Both the position numbers and the translations under genes were made by a program. Below are positions 8,650 to 17,648 of a stretch of DNA of 64,000 nt, in pieces. Positions within the stretch are counted from its first letter, which is position 1, and each line of letters opens with the position of its first letter. A model generated the notes under the pieces. It was not told the origin of the DNA, ran no database searches, and was given only the letters and a program-made list of their open reading frames with translations. This stretch comes from a virus (taxonomy: Duplodnaviria; Heunggongvirae; Uroviricota; Caudoviricetes), in the IMG/VR virus record IMGVR_UViG_3300045049_000270. One strand, 5' to 3'.

Positions 8650-8986
8650 TTATATCATTTTTCTAAAATGATAGTCTTTGTACGGCTTATCAGATCTACA
8701 GGCATGATCAACCATACCATAACTCAATCCATGTTCTTTACAAAACTCTTTTCTATCAGTAACGATGACAGTGCTCTTTAACCGTTAATAGAACTAAGTT
8801 TTCTTTATGGTCTGCACCGCCTATAGTTCTAGGAACTATATGGTGAGATTCATAATATTGATATTCCGGATCAGATCGCTTACGTTTGCGGCGCTTTTCA
8901 CTCAGTGCTCGTTGAATAATAGAAATATACCATTTGGTATATTTGTTTCTGAGGAATGGTAATGAATCGATGCTATAAATAGCCAT
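8650..8986 (-). pseudogene. Broken HNH homing endonuclease (HNH N-half; out-of-frame C-terminal DNA-binding tail)
   Basis: ESHHIVPRTIGG...NLVLLTVKEH then stop; the +1 frame gives TVIVTDRKEFCKEHGLSYGMV...KMI*. Confidence 0.75.
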
Positions 8987-9101
8987 GCTGATACTTCCTT
9001 ATCAAGTGTTAGAGCCAGTAGGTGTTCCTCCACCGTGACTGGCATTCATTATTTATGGCACACTTGACAATTTGGCTACAAGCTATATCATATAGCTTTC
9101 T

Positions 9102-10151
9102 TTGAGTAAAAATATGCGAATCATCAACGAAGTAAAACTCGATTTCAAAGATGTTTTGTTGGTTCCTAAGAGATCAGCATTGTCTTCCCGCAAGGAAGTA
9201 GATATCACGCGTTCATTCAAATTTCCACATACTTCCCAAACATGGGAAGGTGTGCCAATCATCGCAGCCAACATGGATACAACTGGTACCTTCGAGATGT
9301 TTAATGCTCTCAAGGATCATAAAATGATGACTGCGCTTCAAAAGCATTACTCTGAAGCCGATCTACTAGCACATTTTCAATCTGATCTTGCTCAACAGTT
9401 CAGCTTCTACAGCATGGGTATTGGCGAGCACGATTATGCTAAATTTGTTCATGTATACCACAACCTTAAGATTTCAAAGGTTTGTATCGACGTAGCAAAT
9501 GGTTATTCCGAAACATTTGTTGCTTTCATCGAAAAATTGCGTACGAATTACCCAGAGTTGATTATTATGGCCGGCAATGTCGTAACCGGTGAAATGGCAG
9601 AACAATTGATTCTATCTGGCGCCGATATCGTCAAGGTTGGTATTGGTCCTGGTAGCGTTTGTACAACACGCAAGATGACTGGCGTCGGCTACCCGCAACT
9701 TTCTGCTATCATTGAGTGTGCAGATTCGGCACACGGTGTAAAGGGTTTGATTTGCGCAGATGGTGGGTGTACGGTTCCTGGTGATCTCGCAAAAGCATTT
9801 GGTGCTGGTGCTGATTTTGTCATGTTGGGTGGCATGCTTGCTGGTCATGACGAATCAGCAGGTGAAATCGTTACTACTGAATCTGGCGAAATTTTCAAAG
9901 AGTTTTACGGTATGAGTTCTGACACTGCTATGAACAAATATGCTGGTGGTGTTGCGGAGTATCGTGCAAGCGAAGGCAAGACAGTTCAAGTGCCATATCG
10001 TGGACCTGTTGCTAGTACTATCCAGGGAATCCTTGGGGGCGTCCGCAGCGCTTGTACTTATGTCGGTGCTGAAAAACTGAAAGAATTGAGCAAACGCACT
10101 ACCTTTGTGCGAGTGACGCAGCAGTTGAACGAAGTTTTCGGTAAATCATAA
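9102..10151 (+). CDS. guaC: GMP reductase (likely start ATG 9114)
   Basis: [57 protein letters not shown]. Confidence 0.97.
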   Translation: MSKNMRIINEVKLDFKDVLLVPKRSALSSRKEVDITRSFKFPHTSQTWEGVPIIAANMDTTGTFEMFNALKDHKMMTALQKHYSEADLLAHFQSDLAQQFSFYSMGIGEHDYAKFVHVYHNLKISKVCIDVANGYSETFVAFIEKLRTNYPELIIMAGNVVTGEMAEQLILSGADIVKVGIGPGSVCTTRKMTGVGYPQLSAIIECADSAHGVKGLICADGGCTVPGDLAKAFGAGADFVMLGGMLAGHDESAGEIVTTESGEIFKEFYGMSSDTAMNKYAGGVAEYRASEGKTVQVPYRGPVASTIQGILGGVRSACTYVGAEKLKELSKRTTFVRVTQQLNEVFGKS

Positions 10152-10159
10152 TTGGTGGT

Positions 10160-10663
10160 TTGAACATGCAAGTTGATGATTTTTTGAATGTCGCAGGTTA
10201 CCAGATTCATGAAGGTGGCAAGTATTGTTGGAATTGCTATGGTGATCGCGCGTGGCAATTTGATTTCAAAAATGATGTGAGTATCGTTTTTGATCTCGAT
10301 ACAAAATTGATTTATGAAATCAGTGTGTGGTCTTCCGAACTTGAAAGATCAATGATTTGGGTTGATCCTACTTATGAAGTAACTTTAGTTCGAGAAGCAA
10401 CTGAACGCGGATATCCGATTGACTATCGCTGCCACGTGTTGAGTCATAAATCGATGATGACGCTTGTGGATCAAGCATTTTCTGGCAAAACACTCGATCT
10501 GGATTTAGCAAATTTCATCGATATTGATCTTACTGAAGAAGAGCAAGAATATCTAAAGATGGCGGCAGAACGTGAAGGCGTAACCATTGATGAATATGTG
10601 AACAAGGTTCTTACAGAAGCTGTCGAAAGACACAAGGCGGGCAAGGAATCACTTGCTGACTAA
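10160..10663 (+). CDS. Hypothetical protein with RHH-like C-terminus; paralogue of next gene
   Basis: YCWNCYG, SIVFD; C-terminal LKMAAEREGVTIDEYVNKVL. Confidence 0.75.
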   Translation: MNMQVDDFLNVAGYQIHEGGKYCWNCYGDRAWQFDFKNDVSIVFDLDTKLIYEISVWSSELERSMIWVDPTYEVTLVREATERGYPIDYRCHVLSHKSMMTLVDQAFSGKTLDLDLANFIDIDLTEEEQEYLKMAAEREGVTIDEYVNKVLTEAVERHKAGKESLAD

Positions 10664-10690
10664 TTTAAGTCAGATCACGTTCATCTACAA

Positions 10691-11176
10691 GTGTGTTATC
10701 ATATGCATATTGACTGGTACATTGAGCAATTCAAGTATGAAATTGATGGATCGTCAGTCTTTTCGTGGTCATGTTTCGGAGTCCGTTGTCGCGTTATGGA
10801 CTTCAACAATGTTTCAGTTGTGTTCGATCAAGCAAGACAAAGCGTCTATGCACTGATGATTACGCCAGTCAATGCGCCACACACCATGTATGTTTGGGTT
10901 CGTGATGATAAAGAAGTCGCATTCAAAAATGAAGCTAGAGCTAGTGGGATCGAATTCCTATACCTACACAGCCAGAGTATTGCCAACAAATGGGCGATGG
11001 CTAGTTTCAAGAATTGCGAAGTAGATTTGACTGAAGATGAGTATATCGAGCTTTCACTTTCTAGTGAATATTTGGAAAAACTCAACATGCTTCTTGATCA
11101 AGGAATATCATTTGATAAATTAGTTGAGAACGCTCTCACTAATTTATCAAACGATGATTGCACAACGGATACTTAA
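10691..11176 (+). CDS. Hypothetical protein, paralogue of 10160..10663
   Basis: FSWSCFG, SVVFD, GISFDKLVENAL. Confidence 0.7.
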   Translation: MCYHMHIDWYIEQFKYEIDGSSVFSWSCFGVRCRVMDFNNVSVVFDQARQSVYALMITPVNAPHTMYVWVRDDKEVAFKNEARASGIEFLYLHSQSIANKWAMASFKNCEVDLTEDEYIELSLSSEYLEKLNMLLDQGISFDKLVENALTNLSNDDCTTDT

Positions 11177-11813
11177 ACGAGCAGCTATCCTGCATAAGCA
11201 GGTTTATACCGTACTGGCTGGTTATGCTGGAAAAACTGTCAAAGCGAGTACCCTCCGCGTTGCCCTCAACAAAAAGTTAGGGCGTCAACATGGTTTAATA
11301 TTCAGACAATCTGCAACGCCAGAAGCATATGGAGTTGTGGTTGAAGGAATGTTTGAATATACCGATTCCCATCGCACAACAATTGACATCACACTCTGCT
11401 ATTCAATTGAATTAATTGATATGACAGCAAATATGATTGCTGAACTATGCGTAAAACTAGTTCAGACTATCATACATGAATTAACACATCGTGAACAACA
11501 CAAGAGCATTAGAAAGCGTGGATCTCGTGCTCGTTCGATTTCAATCGCTACCGAATATCTGGCTAATAAACATGAAATCGATGCATATGCTAATGATGTA
11601 GCATATGAATTGTTCGTAACAACCAAGGCTGACTTACTACGCAATGGCAGCAAAGTCAGCCTTGGTGAATGCTTGCATTTGGCTGTGTTCTTTGAACATT
11701 TCAACCCAACAAGTGATGAATATCGTAGGTTCATCAGAAAGGTCTATCGCAATCTTAGTGTTTTGCATTCAACGTTTGCGAATGTAGACATTAAAACTAC
11801 CACCATTCGGTAA
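11124..11813 (+). CDS. Putative zincin-like metallopeptidase (start probably 11154)
   Basis: HELTH (HExxH) plus downstream EIDAYA. Confidence 0.65.
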   Translation: MRTLSLIYQTMIAQRILKRAAILHKQVYTVLAGYAGKTVKASTLRVALNKKLGRQHGLIFRQSATPEAYGVVVEGMFEYTDSHRTTIDITLCYSIELIDMTANMIAELCVKLVQTIIHELTHREQHKSIRKRGSRARSISIATEYLANKHEIDAYANDVAYELFVTTKADLLRNGSKVSLGECLHLAVFFEHFNPTSDEYRRFIRKVYRNLSVLHSTFANVDIKTTTIR

Positions 11814-12125
11814 TGGTCTGATAAAACGTACATAAGCAGCAAGTCTTGGATTGTCCATCCAAGCTTCAAACTCTTGACGAATTTGACCGCTCTTTCCTGT
11901 GATGATTGTGATTTGATGTAAACTATATTCATAAGCACGAGCACATAGTTTGATTGTATGATCGAATGCTTGCTGAACAGTCATACCGTGTAAGTCATAG
12001 CTCAGAACTTCACGAACTGGTGTCGTATAGACTGGTACATCCTTCTGTGAAATCACTTGTTTTTGTTCTAGGGGTTGCACACCGTTAATGGCTCGCAGCC
12101 ATTCTTCTTTATCTTCGTTTTCCAT
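11769..12125 (-). CDS. Smr-domain (MutS2 C-terminal-like) endonuclease
   Basis: DLHGMTVQQA, IITGKSG, NGGSFNVYIRK. Confidence 0.9.
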   Translation of the reverse strand: MENEDKEEWLRAINGVQPLEQKQVISQKDVPVYTTPVREVLSYDLHGMTVQQAFDHTIKLCARAYEYSLHQITIITGKSGQIRQEFEAWMDNPRLAAYVRFIRPLPNGGSFNVYIRKR

Positions 12126-12134
12126 GATCCACTC

Positions 12135-12170
12135 ATAATGAAAGCCCTAGTATACTAGGGCTTTCATTAT
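12135..12170. terminator. 36-bp perfect palindrome, probable terminator
   Basis: ATAATGAAAGCCCTAGTA|TACTAGGGCTTTCATTAT. Confidence 0.7.
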
Positions 12171-12184
12171 ACTCAAAATCGAGA

Positions 12185-12721
12185 TTAAGCCATCAAACCG
12201 GCGGCCTGCAGAGCTGCCAACAGGGCATTGAAGTTTGCCATAGCTGTCGCATCTGTCCAACCTGATGCATTAGCTTGGTGAGCAGCTTCTTTAACCAAAC
12301 CAGCTGTTGTAGTTGATGCTGTTGGAATAGCTGCGATTGCAGTCTTAACGAAAGCGGTGCTTGCTGCGGCTGTACTGTTGTCTGTTGCCAATGGTGTTGG
12401 CACAGTTACCACACCAGTAAATACTGGGCTTGCTGATGGTGCTCCACCAACGCCTGTAACATCCGCAAGAGTCAGAGTTACAACACCAGTACGTCCATTG
12501 AATGATGTAACTTCTGCACCATCTGATGAGCCGCTAGTAGTGAGATAGTTGAGGCTGTTATAAGCAGTAACACCATCACCAATCTTTACTTTATTGGTAT
12601 CAGTTTCGATACCGATTTCGCCAATAGACAGAACTGGGTTCTCGGCTGTCCATGATGCGGCATCACCTGCCTTACGCAGAGCTTGTGCTTTGTAAATACC
12701 TGTTGACATTATTTTCTCCAA
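12185..12721 (-). CDS. Virion fibre/decoration protein with Mtd_N-like N-terminal domain
   Basis: WTAENPVLSIGEIGIETDTNKVKIGDGVT; VTSFNGRTG; upstream TAAATA. Confidence 0.8.
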   Translation of the reverse strand: MEKIMSTGIYKAQALRKAGDAASWTAENPVLSIGEIGIETDTNKVKIGDGVTAYNSLNYLTTSGSSDGAEVTSFNGRTGVVTLTLADVTGVGGAPSASPVFTGVVTVPTPLATDNSTAAASTAFVKTAIAAIPTASTTTAGLVKEAAHQANASGWTDATAMANFNALLAALQAAGLMA

Positions 12722-12790
12722 TATTTTGATTAATTTTGTGACTAAACCATTAAAAAATTATAATCTACGTATTTATTAATTTGCGAAAGC

Positions 12791-12833
12791 GAAGAGGCCT
12801 TTGGCGCTCACCCTCTCTAAAATTCTGGTGCCT
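12791..12833 (+). ncRNA. Candidate preQ1-I-like riboswitch aptamer (H-type pseudoknot)
   Basis: P1 AGAGG/CCTCT; loop GGCGC can pair with GTGCC after an A-rich linker; directly upstream of queD. Confidence 0.6.
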
Positions 12834-12858
12834 TTAACTATCAATAAGAAGGTAAGAA

Positions 12859-13488
12859 ATGGATATCAAACATAATACAGAGCAAGGTTCTTTCACGGTT
12901 GGCATCGACGATGAATCTATTAAATTGGCTGCATCCATAGGGATTGATGCAGTAGCAGAAATCAATGCCGCTTTGAACAAAGATGCCGCTGAAATGCGTA
13001 CTCAAATGCCAAAGGTTGCCAAGAAATTTCTCTCAACAAAGACATACGGCAATGATCGTGGTCTTAGCTGTTGCTTCCGCCAATGGCGTTCTACCCATTC
13101 CCATTGCTCAATGGTTCATGGTTATTCGATTGGCGTAAAGTTCATCTTCGAATGCGATGAACTCGATGAACGGAATTGGGTATATGATTTTGGCGGGCTT
13201 AAAGATATCAAAGCATGGTTGGAATACATGTTCGATCACACGATGCTAGTTGCCGAGGATGATCCAATGTTACAGTTCTGGAAGCAGACAGTTGCCGATC
13301 ACCCAGGCACCATCGATCTTCGTGTTGTCCCAGGGGTTGGTTGTGAACGTTTTGCTGAATTGATTTTCGACCATGTTACGAAGTACCTAGATGAACATCG
13401 AGACACTATGCTAAACAAGACAGCACGACTGAAATCAGTCGAAGTCTTTGAGCATGGAGCAAATTCTGCCGTTGTAGAACGAGCCTAA
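12859..13488 (+). CDS. queD: 6-carboxy-tetrahydropterin synthase (QueD/6-PTPS) with ~50-aa N-terminal extension
   Basis: HCSMVHGYS, WVYDFGGLK, FDHT, GCERFAE, EHGANSA. Confidence 0.9.
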   Translation: MDIKHNTEQGSFTVGIDDESIKLAASIGIDAVAEINAALNKDAAEMRTQMPKVAKKFLSTKTYGNDRGLSCCFRQWRSTHSHCSMVHGYSIGVKFIFECDELDERNWVYDFGGLKDIKAWLEYMFDHTMLVAEDDPMLQFWKQTVADHPGTIDLRVVPGVGCERFAELIFDHVTKYLDEHRDTMLNKTARLKSVEVFEHGANSAVVERA

Positions 13489-13574
13489 AATCAAATAATG
13501 CTTGACTGCCAATTCAAGTGAATACAGAATTGGCAGCGTTGTTTCTTTCTCAACTTATAGGAGCTATCAACAAC

Positions 13575-14267
13575 ATGAGCACTTCTCTTACTGCCGAAGG
13601 TCTCAATTCGGCTATGCTGAAGGTCTACAATTATGTATTCCTAGCACTGCTGTATACGGGTTTGGTTTCACTTTTCGTTGAAAGCAACAAGGTTCTGCTG
13701 GCGGTCACACAAACCGTCCCTGTTGTGATCGGCTTGATAATCACAAGCTTCATTCTCGTGATCGCAATTAATTCAGTCCGAAAAGGAACGTCGAAATCGG
13801 CACTAACCGGAATGTTTGGTGTATTTGCTACTATCTGGGGCGTGCTACTGGCGAGCGTTGTATCAAGGTATACGACGGCATCTTTGTTCCTTGCATTGTT
13901 CTCGGCAGCGATCCTGTTCCTGTCAATGTCAGGTTACGGATATTTTACCAAACGTGATATCACGTCATTCGGCCAATACTTGTTCATTGCATTGATCGCA
14001 TTGATTATTGCGATGATCATCAATATGTTCGTTGGCAGCTCTGTACTCACTATGGTGATCTCTGCCCTTGCAGTCCTGGTATTCATTGGTATTACCGCTT
14101 GGGACGCCCAGACGATTCGCAATAATCTTTATGCGGCGAGTGGCGATGAAGATGCACTTAACTACGCTACAATCAACGGTGCTTTGTCTCTGTACTTGGA
14201 TTTCCTGAATCTGGCTCTGAACTTGCTTGAATTGTTTGGTGTCAAGGTTCCTGGCAACAGCGACTAA
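13575..14267 (+). CDS. Bax inhibitor-1/YccA-family membrane protein
   Basis: About 7 TM helices; YGYFTKRD, WDAQTIR, ALSLYLDFLNL; AGGAG RBS. Confidence 0.9.
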   Translation: MSTSLTAEGLNSAMLKVYNYVFLALLYTGLVSLFVESNKVLLAVTQTVPVVIGLIITSFILVIAINSVRKGTSKSALTGMFGVFATIWGVLLASVVSRYTTASLFLALFSAAILFLSMSGYGYFTKRDITSFGQYLFIALIALIIAMIINMFVGSSVLTMVISALAVLVFIGITAWDAQTIRNNLYAASGDEDALNYATINGALSLYLDFLNLALNLLELFGVKVPGNSD

Positions 14268-14287
14268 GTGATCTGAACAATAGAACA

Positions 14288-14316
14288 CAAGATGGCCCCC
14301 TAGGGGGCCATCTTGT
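14288..14316. terminator. Palindromic terminator-like hairpin
   Basis: CAAGATGGCCCCCT|AGGGGGCCATCTTG. Confidence 0.65.
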
Positions 14317-14564
14317 CATCCACATACCTTGAGTCGAATGCTTTATACGAGTACCATGGTGGCTCTTTGGTGACTTTCTATGATTGGTGTGTTATCAAAC
14401 AATTTGGTAAAAACTTAATATAAAGGCTTGTATAGTTGCCAGTCTTATGTAGAATATGACTTACGGTACGCGATGTGCCGAAAGCAACTGGCAAGCAAAA
14501 CGTTCCGCTGCACAGATGCATCCCTTATAAAGTGAACGTCAGCTGTAAATTTGAAATATTCAAA

Positions 14565-14864
14565 ATGGCAACTAAACTCTCAACGCGTAAAGAACTCGAA
14601 ACTTTCTTGTCCAGCCTCGAGCTTCACGTTACACCGTCAATTCACGTTAACGGTAAAGAGCACCCCACCGCAGTAGTCGTTGTTGACTTCGGCGCACCCC
14701 TCAATCAAGTCAAGCTCTCACCCGAGCAGCATCAAGAACTAGCAGGTAAGCTGCGGAAATTCACCAAGGAATTGGTAACGAAGGATACGACAAAGGATCT
14801 TAACGTCCGCATCTCGTCCGACAACTACCTGGGCCTGGTTTTCTGGTCCGCTATGACTCACTAA
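14565..14864 (+). CDS. Hypothetical protein, stand-alone transcription unit
   Basis: Likely start MATKLSTRKE; upstream TAGAAT -10 and downstream terminator. Confidence 0.75.
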   Translation: MATKLSTRKELETFLSSLELHVTPSIHVNGKEHPTAVVVVDFGAPLNQVKLSPEQHQELAGKLRKFTKELVTKDTTKDLNVRISSDNYLGLVFWSAMTH

Positions 14865-14881
14865 GAGTTGCAGCCGTGGTA

Positions 14882-14907
14882 AGAAAAGCCCCAATTGGGG
14901 CTTTTCT
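14882..14907. terminator. Bidirectional terminator
   Basis: AGAAAAGCCCCAATTGGGGCTTTTCT between convergent genes. Confidence 0.75.
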
Positions 14908-15218
14908 TACGAGTGAAGTAAATCACAAAATGTCAATTTGAAAAGTACGGCATCGCGTACTCTAACAAATCGAAACTCAAGACGATTATCATCAATCGTT
15001 TGTGTGATAACACCTTGTGCATTTATCCATGTGGTGGTGTTGAAATTCACCCTGACACCACGTTTGCTAACGTTGGTCTGCACCCAATCATATACGTCTC
15101 GGTAAGCATCAGGACTATAGATCAAGCTCACTGAGTGACGATATATGATATGTGCAATGAAAGATAAAATTTTACTGGATGACTTACGGATCATGGCTCT
15201 AAGCGAGGACGGCTTCAT
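14907..15218 (-). CDS. FKLxW-family paralogue
   Basis: WVQTNV, RDAVLFKLTF. Confidence 0.8.
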   Translation of the reverse strand: MKPSSLRAMIRKSSSKILSFIAHIIYRHSVSLIYSPDAYRDVYDWVQTNVSKRGVRVNFNTTTWINAQGVITQTIDDNRLEFRFVRVRDAVLFKLTFCDLLHS

Positions 15219-15487
15219 TATACACTACCAGCCTTGAAATCATTCCAACTCAGCTTAAACGCAACAGCATCAGCGTCATTCTTGAACTGAATGAAGAATG
15301 AAACGAATCCATCTTCTTTGCGTCCATGCTCATCAAATACAAGCGCCACTGAAGATGAATCAACATTATTAGTCAACATCCAATTTTTGAACAAATCAGT
15401 TGGACGTGGAACGATAGACACCGAGCCTTGTTCGGCCTCAGTAAGGACCAAGACCATCACAACGTTATCTACTTGTAAAGTAATCAT
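15218..15487 (-). CDS. FKLxW-family paralogue
   Basis: WMLTNN, FKNDADAVAFKLSW. Confidence 0.85.
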   Translation of the reverse strand: MITLQVDNVVMVLVLTEAEQGSVSIVPRPTDLFKNWMLTNNVDSSSVALVFDEHGRKEDGFVSFFIQFKNDADAVAFKLSWNDFKAGSV

Positions 15488-15819
15488 TAGCTGAATATAA
15501 GCTTTATTTTGACAGCAAGCACTGGATCATTCATTCCAATTCTAACATAGTTCGGATCATCTGGGCTGGCACCATAATACATCCAATCTTTACCCCATAC
15601 ACCAACCTCAGCAACCATTGTAGGCATGATTGCATCGAGTGCATCATAGTTGTAATAGATATTTTGATCTGGCCCCATCGATACCTTCAACCTGGCTTCT
15701 TGCGGCCAAGGAATATCAAATGTAACTTGAAACTCAGACATCTTGCGGGCTGGATATGTTGTCATTTTAACCCCACACAATCTTGAATTTGGCAGCATCT
15801 TCGATTTTCTTGAAAACAA
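15487..15819 (-). CDS. FKLxW-family paralogue (start probably 15765)
   Basis: VGVWGKDW, NDPVLAVKIKLIF. Confidence 0.75.
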   Translation of the reverse strand: MFSRKSKMLPNSRLCGVKMTTYPARKMSEFQVTFDIPWPQEARLKVSMGPDQNIYYNYDALDAIMPTMVAEVGVWGKDWMYYGASPDDPNYVRIGMNDPVLAVKIKLIFS

Positions 15820-16168
15820 AAGTTACTCGTGTTTCATTGTCGTGAATAACTGATTCTACATACCTCAACTTCAAATCGGATTCTCTTACCCATTGGATGG
15901 CATCGTCACGAGAATTTTCTTTGCCCAACAATACTGACACCTTAGGTGGCATATTCTTGAATTGAATCATCTCAGTGCAAATTCCTTTTGAAGCACTGAT
16001 ATTTCTTGGTGTTTCCCAATCTTTCGTATTCATGAAAATCTTACTTTCACTTGTTTTCTTTTTCTTCTTATTCTTATAAGAATACCAACTGGAATATTCG
16101 AATTTAATTGTTACTGTTACGGTATTTGGATAGTAGGAACTAACGTCGTAAATATCGTACATAGTCAT
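15767..16168 (-). CDS. FKLxW-family paralogue
   Basis: QWVRES, FKKIEDAAKFKIVW. Confidence 0.8.
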   Translation of the reverse strand: MTMYDIYDVSSYYPNTVTVTIKFEYSSWYSYKNKKKKKTSESKIFMNTKDWETPRNISASKGICTEMIQFKNMPPKVSVLLGKENSRDDAIQWVRESDLKLRYVESVIHDNETRVTFVFKKIEDAAKFKIVWG

Positions 16169-16812
16169 GGCAATTCTTTTTCCTCGTTGCCATCAATCCA
16201 TACGAGTTTTGTCATCACTGCTTCGGTTTTTTCTTTTACTTCGGCAATGATTTCAGGTTTGAAACTATGTTTACGAACTTCCCATTCACTAGCCAGATTT
16301 TCTCGACACCATGTCGTGATTTCATTTAGATGATAATCTAACTTTCTTCCTTCTGGGACTGGTAAAACCAATTGATGATCACGTGGTGTACGAATAACTT
16401 GTTGGAAGTCAGTCTGATCATCAAAATGGCAGAATGTTAGGTTCCACAACCCATTCTGTTGGTTTTGAGCATATACTGTATCACGACAATTTTCGAACCA
16501 TTTCTCGAAATCACCTCTCCAGAAATTGTATCTTCGAATATGATCGACATTGACGCCAAATTGAGTAAAACGTTCTTTTCCGAAGAAAAGAATGTGATCA
16601 TTCAACGGATCATAAAACACATTGTAACCACTAGGAGATGAATACACTTGATTTGTCAATGGGTAGAACATTCCGTTGACATTCAGGCTGATATTAGCTC
16701 CATTCAAATTATTAACTGGTGTTGACGGTTTCGCAGTGGCGACATCACCTATTTTGAATAGTTGATCGCTGATTGAAAAAGCTGGTGGAATAATCTGGAG
16801 TTTTGAGGTCAT
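16165..16812 (-). CDS. Long, probably two-domain FKLxW-family member
   Basis: WFENC...DDQTDF and WCRENL...EAVMTKLVW. Confidence 0.8.
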   Translation of the reverse strand: MTSKLQIIPPAFSISDQLFKIGDVATAKPSTPVNNLNGANISLNVNGMFYPLTNQVYSSPSGYNVFYDPLNDHILFFGKERFTQFGVNVDHIRRYNFWRGDFEKWFENCRDTVYAQNQQNGLWNLTFCHFDDQTDFQQVIRTPRDHQLVLPVPEGRKLDYHLNEITTWCRENLASEWEVRKHSFKPEIIAEVKEKTEAVMTKLVWIDGNEEKELP

Positions 16813-16814
16813 TG

Positions 16815-17072
16815 TTATTGCCAGGTTAACTTGAACCAGATGGCAATTTTTTCATCTGTGAATGCTACATGCCATTTCTGATCCAGTACTTTGGAATAAC
16901 GCCAATTGTAGCATATATCATCGAGATATGTGGTGAAAACTGCCACATTGAATGGTAATTTGTAATCTTCAATAGCATTCTCTTGCATCCATTCTTGTAT
17001 CTCACAGAAATATTCGAAATCCTTTGGATATGGAATTTCCACAATATAGAGGCCTAACAAGTCATCCATCAC
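16815..17072 (-). CDS. FKLxW-family paralogue
   Basis: WMQENA, FTDEKIAIWFKLTW. Confidence 0.85.
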   Translation of the reverse strand: MMDDLLGLYIVEIPYPKDFEYFCEIQEWMQENAIEDYKLPFNVAVFTTYLDDICYNWRYSKVLDQKWHVAFTDEKIAIWFKLTWQ

Positions 17073-17437
17073 AGATATTTTAAACGAAAGTGAAGTGCTT
17101 CAACTTCATCATCTATGATGACGTATTCAGCTATTGTGGCATTGAAGTTGTATCCATCGTACTGCTTTTCTTGTATAGCCCGGATACTTGGGTACTCTTC
17201 TTTGAGGTGTTTGAACAGTGATGATTCTTCTATCGTATGGAATTTGCATTTCCATACGCGAAGTCGTACTAGATATGATTCACGTTGATGTAGAATGCAT
17301 TCCGCTGCTACTCGTTCATGCCATGAACCTTGCACACGTTTGTTCTCACCAGTGATAATCAGTGCATTGCCACATTGCGGAAAATGATGAATCATATCAG
17401 CTCCATTTAAGACGGACGAGCACTGCATCTTTTTCAT
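17069..17437 (-). CDS. FKLxW-family paralogue (start probably near 17395)
   Basis: DDEVEALHFRLKY. Confidence 0.75.
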   Translation of the reverse strand: MKKMQCSSVLNGADMIHHFPQCGNALIITGENKRVQGSWHERVAAECILHQRESYLVRLRVWKCKFHTIEESSLFKHLKEEYPSIRAIQEKQYDGYNFNATIAEYVIIDDEVEALHFRLKYL

Positions 17438-17648
17438 CCGCTACTTCAAGCCGGACTCTTATTTCGTTTGAAGAACTGAACATCGGTCCGTATTCGAATT
17501 TTACAGTAAAGCCAATTTCATTCTCAACAAGCCAGTCATAAAATACTGGCTCCCAACATTTCAGAAATAAAGTACCCATTTCTGGTGAGTCGGCAAAATC
17601 AAAGAATACATTCTCTGATATGTGAGTGAGAACGAAATTGGTGGTCAT
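17397..17648 (-). CDS. FKLxW-family paralogue
   Basis: WLVENEIG, DEKDAVLVRLKW. Confidence 0.85.
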   Translation of the reverse strand: MTTNFVLTHISENVFFDFADSPEMGTLFLKCWEPVFYDWLVENEIGFTVKFEYGPMFSSSNEIRVRLEVADEKDAVLVRLKWS

